Below, piece after piece: positions 30,637 through 39,584 of a stretch of DNA of 64,000 nucleotides (positions are counted from its first letter, which is position 1; each line of letters opens with the position of its first letter). Below the pieces are notes generated by a model. That model saw nothing but the letters and a program-made list of their open reading frames with translations, searched no databases and had not been told where the DNA came from. The stretch lies in the NCBI GenBank assembly GCA_964635995.1, contig CAZWRA010000001.1:226-64225 (forward strand), in the 5' to 3' direction. This DNA comes from an uncultured Candidatus Saccharibacteria bacterium. Lineage in GTDB: Bacteria; Patescibacteriota; Dojkabacteria; J137. The position numbers and the translations under genes were made by a program.

Positions 30637-32478
30637 CTAACCTGTACTGAAAATATCTTTATTCTGTACTTCATCTGGTAAAAATTCCCTCTCGCCATTT
30701 GTAAAATAAGTACTTCCAGTATTGTCAGGTCCAACCCAATTCGCTCCTGACATATCCGAGTTATCTGGTGCTCTAACTTGAAGTTCTAAACTTGTATTAC
30801 CAGGAATAGAGCTTGTCCATTGAATTAAGTGATAGCTTGGATCATTATATGTAGTATCAAAAATACTAGAAATAAACTCACCTTCTTCTTCAAAAGAACT
30901 TCCTCCAGATCCTAATCCTCCTTTAATAACTCTAAATTCTTCATTCGAAGCATTTCCAATAACGTAAGAAAAAACATCCTCTAGCGGAGTTCTTACAGAA
31001 GTTACTCCATTAAAACCTGATGGAACATCTAATCCTCCACAATATTGAATATTTGTAATATTAGTAATGTCTACAACCTGATATTCTTGCCCGCCATATC
31101 CTACAATAACAACCCTGTCGTCTGTAACAGTATTTCCTGTAACACTCATTCCATTAGTATCGTAAGAATCGAGAATTGGAACAGATCCTGTTTTATTTGT
31201 AGAATCCAAAATAAAAAATTCATCCCAAAAACTTGAGTAGGTTGTTCCAATAAAAACTCGATTTCCATCCTCGCTAACATAAAGATCTGATGATTGAGAA
31301 AAATTCAAATCTTTATTCTTTACTACTCTTATATCGCTTGGATTTGTTATGTTTACAATTATAAGTTCATACCAGTCATCATACATAGAAAGAAAAGCAT
31401 AATTACCTCTAATTTCAATTTCAGTTATATATCCACTAGAAAATAACCCAACTGTTAAAGAATCTAGTTGCGGCCTTGAGCCTATCTTTGAAGATAGATC
31501 AAATGATCTTAATACTCTTCCTTGAGCAACATAACCTACATTTCCATTAACATAAACACTTGTTGGATCAGTAGTTCCACTTGCATCGAAATATCCAATC
31601 TCGCTGTAGGGAGCAGTATCAGTATCTAAGATAACAACCTCTCTATTGTCTGTAGTGGTAGCTAAATAAGTGTAATTTGCATCTCCATATATTCCTGTTG
31701 TTGAGTAGCCTGAAAATTCAGCTTCGATAGTTACTCCTGCAGGATCTGTTGAGTGATCAATTAATAAGTTCTGAAGAGAATAACTTGTTGAACCTAGAAA
31801 AGCTTTTCCTGGAATTGAACTAACAATTGTAGGTATACCATTCCCAGGAATATCATAAATTGTCTGAGTAAGCTCCGGTTGACACCAATTAGAAAAAGCT
31901 GGGCTAGCTAGCTGAACCTCACCTCCAAAGTCATTAGAAACAATAACAGTATCTAGTGTTCCTGAGTTAAACTCATTTTCTGTTGTATCTACCCATTCAC
32001 TAGTATGCCAACTGTTTAAAAAGAAAGTTGAAAATATTGAAGATTCTTCTCCAGCCACATTATTCCATTTAGCTGTAATTATTACTTGTTTTGATCTAGG
32101 ATCCAATGTTCCTACAGTACTTACAAACTGACCATTAATATCTCGTCTTGCAGGACTTACTGTAAAACTTATAGAAAATCCTCCTGTAATAAATTCACCG
32201 TTAATAATTTCAGCTTCCCCATTTACTATTTGTATATGTCTTGGATTAGAATCAGAAATTGCAAGGAGCTCTCCCCACTTTTCATCTTTTAATATTTCAA
32301 TTCCTTGTATTGTTTCTTGAATTAAAATTTGAGCCTCACTTCTAGTTCTTTGATTAACATCAGATCTTAATGCATCTACACTAAACAAGGAAACGGTTGT
32401 AAAAACAAAAGAAAATAAGGCAACTGCTAAAACAAGTTCTATTAATGAAAATGCTTTTTTGGTTTCCTTATCTTTCAT
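30637..32478 (-). CDS. Large (613 aa) type IV pilin-like protein, candidate tip adhesin / PilY1-functional analogue
   Basis: Prepilin-type N-terminus KAFSLIELVLAVALFS followed by a long Ser/Thr/Gly/Asn-rich beta-rich domain. Confidence 0.6.
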   Translation of the reverse strand: MKDKETKKAFSLIELVLAVALFSFVFTTVSLFSVDALRSDVNQRTRSEAQILIQETIQGIEILKDEKWGELLAISDSNPRHIQIVNGEAEIINGEFITGGFSISFTVSPARRDINGQFVSTVGTLDPRSKQVIITAKWNNVAGEESSIFSTFFLNSWHTSEWVDTTENEFNSGTLDTVIVSNDFGGEVQLASPAFSNWCQPELTQTIYDIPGNGIPTIVSSIPGKAFLGSTSYSLQNLLIDHSTDPAGVTIEAEFSGYSTTGIYGDANYTYLATTTDNREVVILDTDTAPYSEIGYFDASGTTDPTSVYVNGNVGYVAQGRVLRSFDLSSKIGSRPQLDSLTVGLFSSGYITEIEIRGNYAFLSMYDDWYELIIVNITNPSDIRVVKNKDLNFSQSSDLYVSEDGNRVFIGTTYSSFWDEFFILDSTNKTGSVPILDSYDTNGMSVTGNTVTDDRVVIVGYGGQEYQVVDITNITNIQYCGGLDVPSGFNGVTSVRTPLEDVFSYVIGNASNEEFRVIKGGLGSGGSSFEEEGEFISSIFDTTYNDPSYHLIQWTSSIPGNTSLELQVRAPDNSDMSGANWVGPDNTGSTYFTNGEREFLPDEVQNKDIFSTG

Positions 32479-32927
32479 TATAAATTTATAACTCCTGAAG
32501 AGTTAATAATTAAATTTATTGAACTTGATCCGCTCGTTAGAACAATACTACCAGTTCCTACTGGTCTATAGTCTCCTTGATTAAATCTAAGTTCATTTCC
32601 TGTCGCATTAAATACAGCACTTTCTATACTTATTCCAAAAGGTAATTCTTTAACTTGAGTCTCAGTTGCACTAGCTAAATTATTTCCTGTAAAAAGTGTA
32701 TAACTTTCCTCAGCAAAAGATATTCCAAAAGATGAATCGTCAAGACCTGAATAAGCATTTTGTTGTTGAACAAATATATCTGAACTTATTCTTCTGGCTG
32801 TATTCGTTAGATCATTTCTTCTAAATTCGTTAGCTGCTACAGGAACAAACAAAAACCCAGCTAAAGAGACTATAGCCAAAACTAGAATAAGCTCAATTAT
32901 AGTAAACGCATTCTTCTTATCCGACAT
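32478..32927 (-). CDS. Minor type IV pilin
   Basis: Class III signal: KKNAFTIIELILVLAIVSLAGF (Phe+1, Glu+5). Confidence 0.7.
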   Translation of the reverse strand: MSDKKNAFTIIELILVLAIVSLAGFLFVPVAANEFRRNDLTNTARRISSDIFVQQQNAYSGLDDSSFGISFAEESYTLFTGNNLASATETQVKELPFGISIESAVFNATGNELRFNQGDYRPVGTGSIVLTSGSSSINLIINSSGVINL

Positions 32928-34060
32928 TAATACTTCCTGTTAACTGATAGATAGGTCCTACAATAATAATTGCTAGGAAACCAATCATTGCTCCAATAAA
33001 TACTAATAAAATTGGTTCTAATAATGTCGATAGATTGTTTGAAAGCTCTTCAACTTCTTCAGCATGATATTCATATAAATAACCTAAATTTTCTTCAAGA
33101 GTACCAGTACCTTCCCCCAACCTCAATCATTTTTATAAAGGAAGGAGGAAAATACTTTGGGTAGAAAAGTAGTGAGGATGCAACTGACTTTCCACTTTTT
33201 ACCTCATTTGCAACATCTTTTAAGGCTTTTTTATAGTAAGTGTTACTTACAGTGCCTGTTGCAATATCAAGAGCTGATACTAATGGAATCCCTGTTTCTA
33301 AAAGAATACTTAGTGTTCTTGCAAATGAAGCTAAGATGTTATGTTGTGTAAGTTTTTTAATTACAGGAAATTTTAATGAGAACCAGTCTTTAAACTTTTT
33401 TCCAGATTTTGATCTTAAGAACATAATAAAAAGAAAAATTGCTAATGCTAATCCTCCAGCTAGAAATAAAGCATTTGTACGTATAAATGCAGAAGCAGCA
33501 AGTATCCCTTTTGTTAAAGGTGGAATATTTTCAAAAGATGTAAAAAGCTCTTCAAGTTTTGGCAAAATTAAAAATATTACTCCAAGCATTTCAACAAAAG
33601 TCAGCATAAATACAATCGCAGGATAGATTAGAGCTCCTTGAACTTTTTTTTCCAAGAGTGTGTGCTTTCTTTAAATAATCAGAAAGAAAAAAAGGTTTTT
33701 CCCAAAGTGCCTTCCTGCTCACCAACAGAAATTACAGACATGATAATGTCTGAAAAAACTTTTGGATACTTTCTCATTGAATCAGACAAAGTCATTCCAT
33801 CACTAATCATGCCAGCAATTTCAATGTATTTTTTGAAAGTCTTTCGTCAGCAGTTTGTTCAGAAAGAGTAAGAACTGCATCATTCAAAGCAAGTCCAGAT
33901 CGTAACATAAGATATAGATTTCTTATTGAAACCAAAACTGCAAGTTTAGGTATACCACTAAAATAAATCTGTCCTCCTTTTTTCTTTTTTTGGGTAGTTT
34001 TCTCTCTTTAGCCATTATTCTTTTAATGCAGTTACTCTCATTAATTCAGATAATGAAATC
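32917..34060 (-). pseudogene. pilC: Type IV pilus / T2SS platform protein PilC/GspF, disrupted by at least two frameshifts (pieces 32917..33126, 33095..33655 and further fragments 33660..34060 in other frames)
   Basis: GspF-domain motifs in three different frames. They are …LETGIPLVSALDIATGT… …FPPSFIKMIEVGG, then LEPILLVFIGAMIGFLAIIIVGPIYQL, and upstream fragments …IRNLYLMLRSGLALNDAV… / ISDGMTLSDSMRKYPKVFSDIIMSVISVGEQEG. ORFs 33095..33655 and 32917..33126 overlap by 32 nt. Confidence 0.7.
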
Positions 34061-34065
34061 ACTCC

Positions 34066-35297
34066 TTATCTTAATTTCTCAACACCATCTTCAACAATTA
34101 ATTTAAGACCTTGTCTTCTTGCTTCGTTATAAATTTGATCAGTGTCAGCTCCAGCCATTATAATTTTTCTTATGCTTTCAGTAATTTCTAATACTTCATA
34201 AAGACCAATTCGGCCTTTGTATCCATTTTCTACAGATCCTTCAGGTACATTTGGTGCAAATAATTTTTCCCCAACTTTTAAATATGCAGCTAAGTCGGGT
34301 CTATATACTTTTAGTTCTTCATATTCTTCATTTGTTAACCTCACTTCCTTCTTTTATTGTTCGTCAATTTTTCTAGCTAAACGTTGCGCTATAACAACAT
34401 TTACTGTTGTTGCGAGTAAGTATGGTTCTACACTCATATCGATAAGTCTAGGAATTGTAGTTACAGCATCATTAGTGTGAATAGTAGATAGAACTAAGTG
34501 CCCTGTCATTGCGGCATTAGTTGCAATTTTAGCTGCCTCGGAATCTCGAATCTCTCCAATCATAATTACATTAGGATCCTGTGTCTTAGAATTGATCTCA
34601 GTCCGTTACTGAATGTTAAACCAGCCTTTTTGTTAACTTGAACGTGATTTATTCCATTAATTTCATATTCTACTAGATCTTCAACTGTAGTTATATTTAT
34701 ATCTCTAGAATTTATTGTTGTTAAAATTGCGTAAAGAGTTGTTGTTTTACCAGATCCTGTTGGACCTGAAGCAAAAATCGATCCATAAGGTTTTTTAAAT
34801 GCTTTTTTAACAATTTCATAATCTTTATCTCTTAGTCCTAAATCTTCAAGTTCAAATGATCTACCTTTTTGTGTTAAAAGTCGAATTATAACTTTCTCGC
34901 ATTTAGCTGTTGGAAGAATAGAAATTCTTGTATCTAACTTATCCTCAAAATCAAAAGCAATTCTTCCGTCTTGTGGCGCGAAATGTTCATCAGTTCGAAG
35001 CTTTGCATTAACTTTAATTTTAAATACTAATGTTTCTTCGTATCTTTTTTCTATTGTATAAAGGTCTTTTAAAATTCCATCTATTCTATATCGAACAACC
35101 ATATTATCTTCATGAGGTTCAAGATGGATATCAGAAGCACCTTTATTTAAAGCCGTTAAAACTATATCATTAAGCATTCCTGTTATACCTCTTTCCTTAC
35201 CATCCTGTTTCCCCTCTTCAATTAATGGTGCATCATCGGATTGTATTATCTCTTCTTCTTTTATAGATGTGTTTAATGACTTCTTGGCCATAATCAT
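34066..35297 (-). pseudogene. pilB: Type IV pilus assembly ATPase PilB/GspE split in three pieces (34566..35297, 34354..34563, 34066..34344) by one frameshift and one in-frame TAA
   Basis: Piece 1 ends …[18 protein letters not shown] but the -1 frame reads [14 protein letters not shown], joining Walker B. Walker A is GPTGSGKTTTLYA and the His box is [13 protein letters not shown]. Pieces 2 and 3 are in the same frame, separated by TAA (…ARKIDEQ*KKEVRLTNEEY…). C-terminal piece has GYKGRIGLYEVL. Confidence 0.8.
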
Positions 35298-35312
35298 AGT
35301 TTAGAATAAATA

Positions 35313-35345
35313 AAAAAAGACCTCAACAATTGAGGTCTTTTAAAT
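35313..35345 (-). terminator. Rho-independent terminator hairpin downstream of the major pilin gene (perfect 8-bp stem GACCTCAA/TTGAGGTC, loop CAAT, flanked by A-run and T-run; potentially bidirectional)
   Basis: Plus-strand sequence aaaaaaagacctcaacaattgaggtcttttaaa between the pilin stop (35362) and the pilB start (35297). Confidence 0.55.
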
Positions 35346-35361
35346 TCTTTTATTTAAGAGT

Positions 35362-35823
35362 TTATCGAGAAACTGAGATTGTAGTACCTTCTGCATCCGG
35401 TGCTGCGATTGTTACTCTTCCACTTGCTTCTTCGCAAATTGTATAACCTGTATCAGCTCCAGTTCCTGTTGAAGGATCCTGAGGAATTCCTACAATGTAT
35501 GTAGGTGTTAATGCTGTAGCAAGATCAGCATCTCCAGTTCCAATAACATCAGTTAATGGACAAGCTTGGAAAGAACCTCCAACAACTCCAGCAGCTGTTG
35601 CTAGTGAGTCTAAGTCGTTTCCTTGTTCTGAAGTATATTGTGTTACAGCATTTAGAATCTGTAATACATCTGAACTTCTTTGTGCATTTCTTGTGTCTCT
35701 AAAGTTTCTTGCAGGGTTAATTGCAATAAATGTAATTGTTGCAAGAATTGCAATTAAAGCAACAACTACAAGGATTTCAATAAGTGTGAATCCTTCTTTA
35801 TTTTTTTCTTCATTTTTATTCAT
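35362..35823 (-). CDS. pilA: Type IV major pilin (PilA-like)
   Basis: Canonical prepilin leader and N-methylation motif KEGFTLIEILVVVALIAILATI (G-1, F+1, E+5). 153 aa. Confidence 0.85.
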   Translation of the reverse strand: MNKNEEKNKEGFTLIEILVVVALIAILATITFIAINPARNFRDTRNAQRSSDVLQILNAVTQYTSEQGNDLDSLATAAGVVGGSFQACPLTDVIGTGDADLATALTPTYIVGIPQDPSTGTGADTGYTICEEASGRVTIAAPDAEGTTISVSR

Positions 35824-35927
35824 GAAAAACTATAGATAAAAAGTAAAATTTTGATCTCTTTATACATTCAGTATATGAAGGTAAAATTATGAAGTCAACA
35901 AATATTTTTAAGAATTAAGATTTTATA

Positions 35928-36200
35928 ATGGCCTTGTATTATAGAATTGAATTTAATAAGCAAATTAAAGCCGAGGAATTAGGAATAATTCTTAGTAAAA
36001 TTAATTCGTTTATAGGACCTATAGGTATAAATATCTCCGATTTTAATGATGAAAACTTTGAAACTGATAAAGTATTAAAGAAAGAGGGTTACAGTGATGA
36101 AATGCTTTGGATAAATGAGGGAGATTTTTTTAATTATCTTGAAGGTTATCTTAAGATTTTCTTTAAGGAGAAAATTGGAGCAAAAAAGACACTTATTTAA
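35928..36200 (+). CDS. Small hypothetical protein
   Basis: 90-aa ORF, no motif. Confidence 0.3.
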   Translation: MALYYRIEFNKQIKAEELGIILSKINSFIGPIGINISDFNDENFETDKVLKKEGYSDEMLWINEGDFFNYLEGYLKIFFKEKIGAKKTLI

Positions 36201-36485
36201 AAGAGTTCAAAAGATCACTTTTAATTTTAAATAAGGAAGAGTTAAATTTAGATATTGAGAAAATATTAATCCAAGAAGGACAAATGTTAAAAAAGGAAAA
36301 CTGGGTTGAAATACCTGATTAAATCTTTTTATCAAAGTCTTAAGCTCATCTCGTCATAGGTTTGTAAGTGTCTAATTGTGTGTTGCACATGTTTATTTAA
36401 TTAGTAAATTAAAAGAATGATTAAAAATTTCTATTCAAGTATCTTTTTTCTCTAGCCTAGCCAGACGAAGCTTTAGCGTAGGAGA

Positions 36486-36502
36486 ACGGAGAAGACAGGA
36501 TT
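36486..36502 (-). repeat. 17-nt exact copy of the 3' end (acceptor/T-arm) of the adjacent tRNA-Ser gene (cggagaagacaggattc); further degenerate tRNA-like fragments at about 36526..36616
   Basis: The same 17-mer occurs at 36678..36694 as the 3' end of tRNA-Ser. 'cttcgtaaaactcag' (36526) and 'cttcgtaaactcag' (36580) resemble the tRNA variable arm 'ttcgtaaaacg'. 'cagagtcgaacct' (36603) resembles the T-arm. Confidence 0.5.
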
Positions 36503-36677
36503 CCCTTATTTAAATTCGATCCTATGCTTCGTAAAACTCAGCATGATCTCATTTAAAATGGATCTCGATTTTCTTCGTCTTCGTAAACTCAGACAGAAAA
36601 TCAGAGTCGAACCTTCAGTTCTCAACTTTATCTATCTTTTGAATTTCATAACCACTTTGTGGTATGGAAATTATAAA

Positions 36678-36763
36678 CGGAGAAGACAGGATTCGAACCT
36701 GCGTTTCGTAAAACGAAAACATCGTTTCCAACGATGCGCCTTAAACCGCTCGGCCACCTCTCC
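36678..36763 (-). tRNA. tRNA-Ser (anticodon GGA), class II with long variable arm
   Basis: Manual fold: acceptor GGAGAGG/CTTCTCC, 3-bp D stem, anticodon stem CATCG/CGATG with loop TTGGAAA, 17-nt variable arm hairpin (TTTCG-TTTTA-CGAAA), T-arm GCAGG-TTCGAAT-CCTGT, discriminator G. Confidence 0.85.
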
Positions 36764-36804
36764 AAATCGAGTAATTATAACATTTCTAATGCTCTACAAT
36801 TCTC

Positions 36805-37146
36805 TTAAAAGCGTTTAAATCTATATCTAAGTCTTGTAATTAACCCTTCTTTAATTGATGAATTACTATCTAGGTCACCTGTCATTAAACAGTACGTATA
36901 TTCATAAAGATATTTTCCAGAAAGAGATAAAGCATTTCCTAAATCAGTAGAAATAGTAGTCACATAAGAATAAAATCCTTCTCTAACTGTATATGAAGTA
37001 TATTTATCGTTCATTCCTTTAATCAAACCCATCATGTAAATATCAATCGTTTCTTTAATTTTGTTAGTATACTTCATATTTTTATTTTGCATTAAGATAT
37101 TCCTTGCATGAATATAAACATTTTCTATACTTCCAAACTCATCCAA
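36805..37146 (-). CDS. Hypothetical protein
   Basis: 113-aa ORF, no motif. Confidence 0.35.
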   Translation of the reverse strand: MDEFGSIENVYIHARNILMQNKNMKYTNKIKETIDIYMMGLIKGMNDKYTSYTVREGFYSYVTTISTDLGNALSLSGKYLYEYTYCLMTGDLDSNSSIKEGLITRLRYRFKRF

Positions 37147-37175
37147 TAGTCCTCAATAAAACTCATCTATTGTAA

Positions 37176-37949
37176 ATGATACTGTTTCTTGATCTGCAAT
37201 TTCTGTCATATAATCTAAATATGAATGAACTTAATTCACATAATTTCGATGCTAAAACGACACTTTTTAGTGGGCAAACATTTTTGTGGAGTAGACAAGG
37301 TAATGATTTAATAGGTTCTTTTAAGAATAAGATCATTATTTTGAGTGAGAGAAGAAATAAATGGTATTGGCAAACCTATCCCAATAAGGATGATTTTGAC
37401 TTTGTTAAAAATTATTTAAACTTAGATTTCGATGGTCAGAAGTTTATTACAAGTACAAATGATGAACATATAAGAAGTTCTTTTTCTAAATACCCAGGTT
37501 TAAGAGTTTTAAAACAACCTTTTGAAGAAACTATTCTCTCATTTATTCTTGCTTCGAATAAGAATATAAAAGCTATAAGAAAAACCTTTAATTTTCTTAA
37601 AGGAAAACAGAATAGATATATAAAAGTTGATAATAAGAAATACTTTTTCTTCCCTTCAATAGAATTTATTAATGATGTAGATATTTCTGTTTTACAAGAA
37701 TCGGGAGCAGGATATAGAGTTAAATATTTAAAAGATCTAGCTAATAAATTCGAAACAATAAAAACAAAAGGAGATTTTTCAGAAATAGCTAATTCACTAA
37801 AAAAAGTTAATGGAATTGGAGATAAAATTGCAGATTGTATAATGACTTTTTCATTAGGATTTAATAATATAACTCCTATAAATAGATGGTCTGAGCGTAT
37901 AATTACAGAACTTTATAATGATTTTTACTTTGAAAAAGTACTCAGATAA
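37176..37949 (+). CDS. ogg: 8-oxoguanine DNA glycosylase, OGG1 family (HhH-GPD)
   Basis: Colinear similarity to OGG1 blocks: TLFSGQTFLWSR (cf. LPSGQSFRW), ETILSFILASNKNIKAIRKTFNFL (cf. [24 protein letters not shown]), SGAGYRVKYL (cf. LGLGYRARYV), VNGIGDKIADCIMTF (cf. LPGVGTKVADCICLM, catalytic Lys conserved). Confidence 0.75.
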   Translation: MILFLDLQFLSYNLNMNELNSHNFDAKTTLFSGQTFLWSRQGNDLIGSFKNKIIILSERRNKWYWQTYPNKDDFDFVKNYLNLDFDGQKFITSTNDEHIRSSFSKYPGLRVLKQPFEETILSFILASNKNIKAIRKTFNFLKGKQNRYIKVDNKKYFFFPSIEFINDVDISVLQESGAGYRVKYLKDLANKFETIKTKGDFSEIANSLKKVNGIGDKIADCIMTFSLGFNNITPINRWSERIITELYNDFYFEKVLR

Positions 37950-37972
37950 AAGAGATTGGTTTACAAATAAAT

Positions 37973-38341
37973 TTGGCGAGAATACTGCTTACGCTGGTCA
38001 ACTTTTATTTGAATATATTAGAAAATATAATCCTAACAATTATTAAGAGTATGGGATGGTTTAGAAAATCAGATTGTATAGATTTTTATAAGATTCACGA
38101 AAGATTAAATTCATCGTCATTACTAACTCTTTTATGGCTTGCACATTCAAACATAACATTTAAAACTCCTACTGACATATCTACAATTGTAGGATACATT
38201 ACTGAAAATATAATAGCTAAAAGAATAATTGATGGATATGTAACACAAGAAGAAGTTGATTTTTTAAGAAATGATCTCTTATTTAATCCAACATATATAT
38301 GGAATACACAAAAAAATGAAACTATTACTAATGAGATATAA
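37973..38341 (+). CDS. Hypothetical protein
   Basis: 122-aa ORF, no motif. Confidence 0.35.
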   Translation: MARILLTLVNFYLNILENIILTIIKSMGWFRKSDCIDFYKIHERLNSSSLLTLLWLAHSNITFKTPTDISTIVGYITENIIAKRIIDGYVTQEEVDFLRNDLLFNPTYIWNTQKNETITNEI

Positions 38342-38347
38342 TTATTA

Positions 38348-39307
38348 ATGCAATCTTTATCACTTTCAAATCAAACAGTAGGAGATATTTTAAAAGAGAA
38401 AAGACAAGTTCTTGGTTTAAAACTTAGTACAATTGAGCAAGAATTAAAAATAAAAGAAAAATATCTTGCATACCTTGAATCAAATAGATTTCAAGCTTTC
38501 GAATCAAAAGTTCAAGCTAAAGGTTTTTTAAAAAATTACGCTCAGTTTTTAGGTTTAAATCATGAAATGATGGTCGCTCTTTATAGAAGAGATTTTGAAA
38601 ATAAAGACATGAAAAGAAAAATCGAAATTGAAGAGGAGAATGAAGAATTAGAATTAAAAAAAGAAAGCATTTTTTCAAATATTGTAATAAAAAAGAAACA
38701 TATCACAATTTTTACCTTACTTCTTATTGTTTTATTTACTACTCTTCTTATAGTAAATATTTTACAAAGAACATTTTCTAAACCAGAGCTAATTCTATTT
38801 GAGCCTTTTGAAATTTCAGGAAGTTATGAAGGAAAAATTGCTTACGAAGAGAATGACATAATTTTAAAAGGACAAATTGAAAAAGGAAGCTCAATACTTA
38901 TTAACTCGATTCCAATAAGCGTAAATTCTGAATATCGATTCGAATCGAACACAATTCCAACTACAGACGAAGAAACTTTAATTACAGTTACAACTGAAAA
39001 TTCTCTAGGAGCAAAAACTGAAATGAATCTTACTCTCTATAAGCCTGACAATAAGATAGAAAGCTTCAGTGCATTTATTTCTGCTGAACTTTATGTTGAA
39101 TATATGATAGTGAAATCTGATGGAATTGTAAGATATGAAGGAGGGTTTCTTCCAGGAGAGCCTTTAGATATAACAGCATTAGAAACAATCGAAATAGAAA
39201 CTCCAGATTTTCAAGATTTAGAAGTACAAATTATAGATGAGATTTATACCTTAGATACTGAATATAGTGTTTTTCGAAATACAACTAGAGAAATTATTAA
39301 AGAATAA
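38348..39307 (+). CDS. rodZ: RodZ-like cytoskeleton/cell-shape protein: N-terminal XRE-type HTH, one TM helix, C-terminal extracytoplasmic domain
   Basis: N-terminus TVGDILKEKRQVLGLKLSTIEQELKIKEKYLAYLESNRFQAFESKVQAKGFLKNYAQFLGL matches the RodZ HTH region, followed by TM ITIFTLLLIVLFTTLLIV. Confidence 0.6.
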   Translation: MQSLSLSNQTVGDILKEKRQVLGLKLSTIEQELKIKEKYLAYLESNRFQAFESKVQAKGFLKNYAQFLGLNHEMMVALYRRDFENKDMKRKIEIEEENEELELKKESIFSNIVIKKKHITIFTLLLIVLFTTLLIVNILQRTFSKPELILFEPFEISGSYEGKIAYEENDIILKGQIEKGSSILINSIPISVNSEYRFESNTIPTTDEETLITVTTENSLGAKTEMNLTLYKPDNKIESFSAFISAELYVEYMIVKSDGIVRYEGGFLPGEPLDITALETIEIETPDFQDLEVQIIDEIYTLDTEYSVFRNTTREIIKE

Positions 39308-39543
39308 TTATTTTTTCTTTTAATTAAATCTTTCAAAGAAAATAAACCCCAGACAAGATTAATAATTAGAAAAGGCCAAGAGCAAATTAAATAAGCATAA
39401 ACTGCCAGTAATGTTCCAGAAAGAAAGTTTAAAAAATCATATGTAAAGTCAGTATTTTTAAGTTTGTCTGTTTGATTAAGTATAAAAGCTGATAAAGTTA
39501 AAAATGCACCAGAAATTCCGATTAATTGAATTACTATTTCCAT
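39244..39543 (-). CDS. Small membrane hypothetical protein (overlaps 3' end of rodZ-like gene)
   Basis: 99-aa hydrophobic ORF. Could be spurious. Confidence 0.25.
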   Translation of the reverse strand: MEIVIQLIGISGAFLTLSAFILNQTDKLKNTDFTYDFLNFLSGTLLAVYAYLICSWPFLIINLVWGLFSLKDLIKRKNNYSLIISLVVFRKTLYSVSKV

Positions 39544-39584
39544 ATTTTTTATTCTTTAATATCTTCTGAATATTCTCTTAGATT

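Noticed and set aside
36543-36818. 91-aa plus-strand ORF in the ORF track
   Set aside because: Lies across the minus-strand tRNA-Ser gene and the tRNA-fragment region. Arg/Lys-rich low-complexity translation. Almost certainly not coding.
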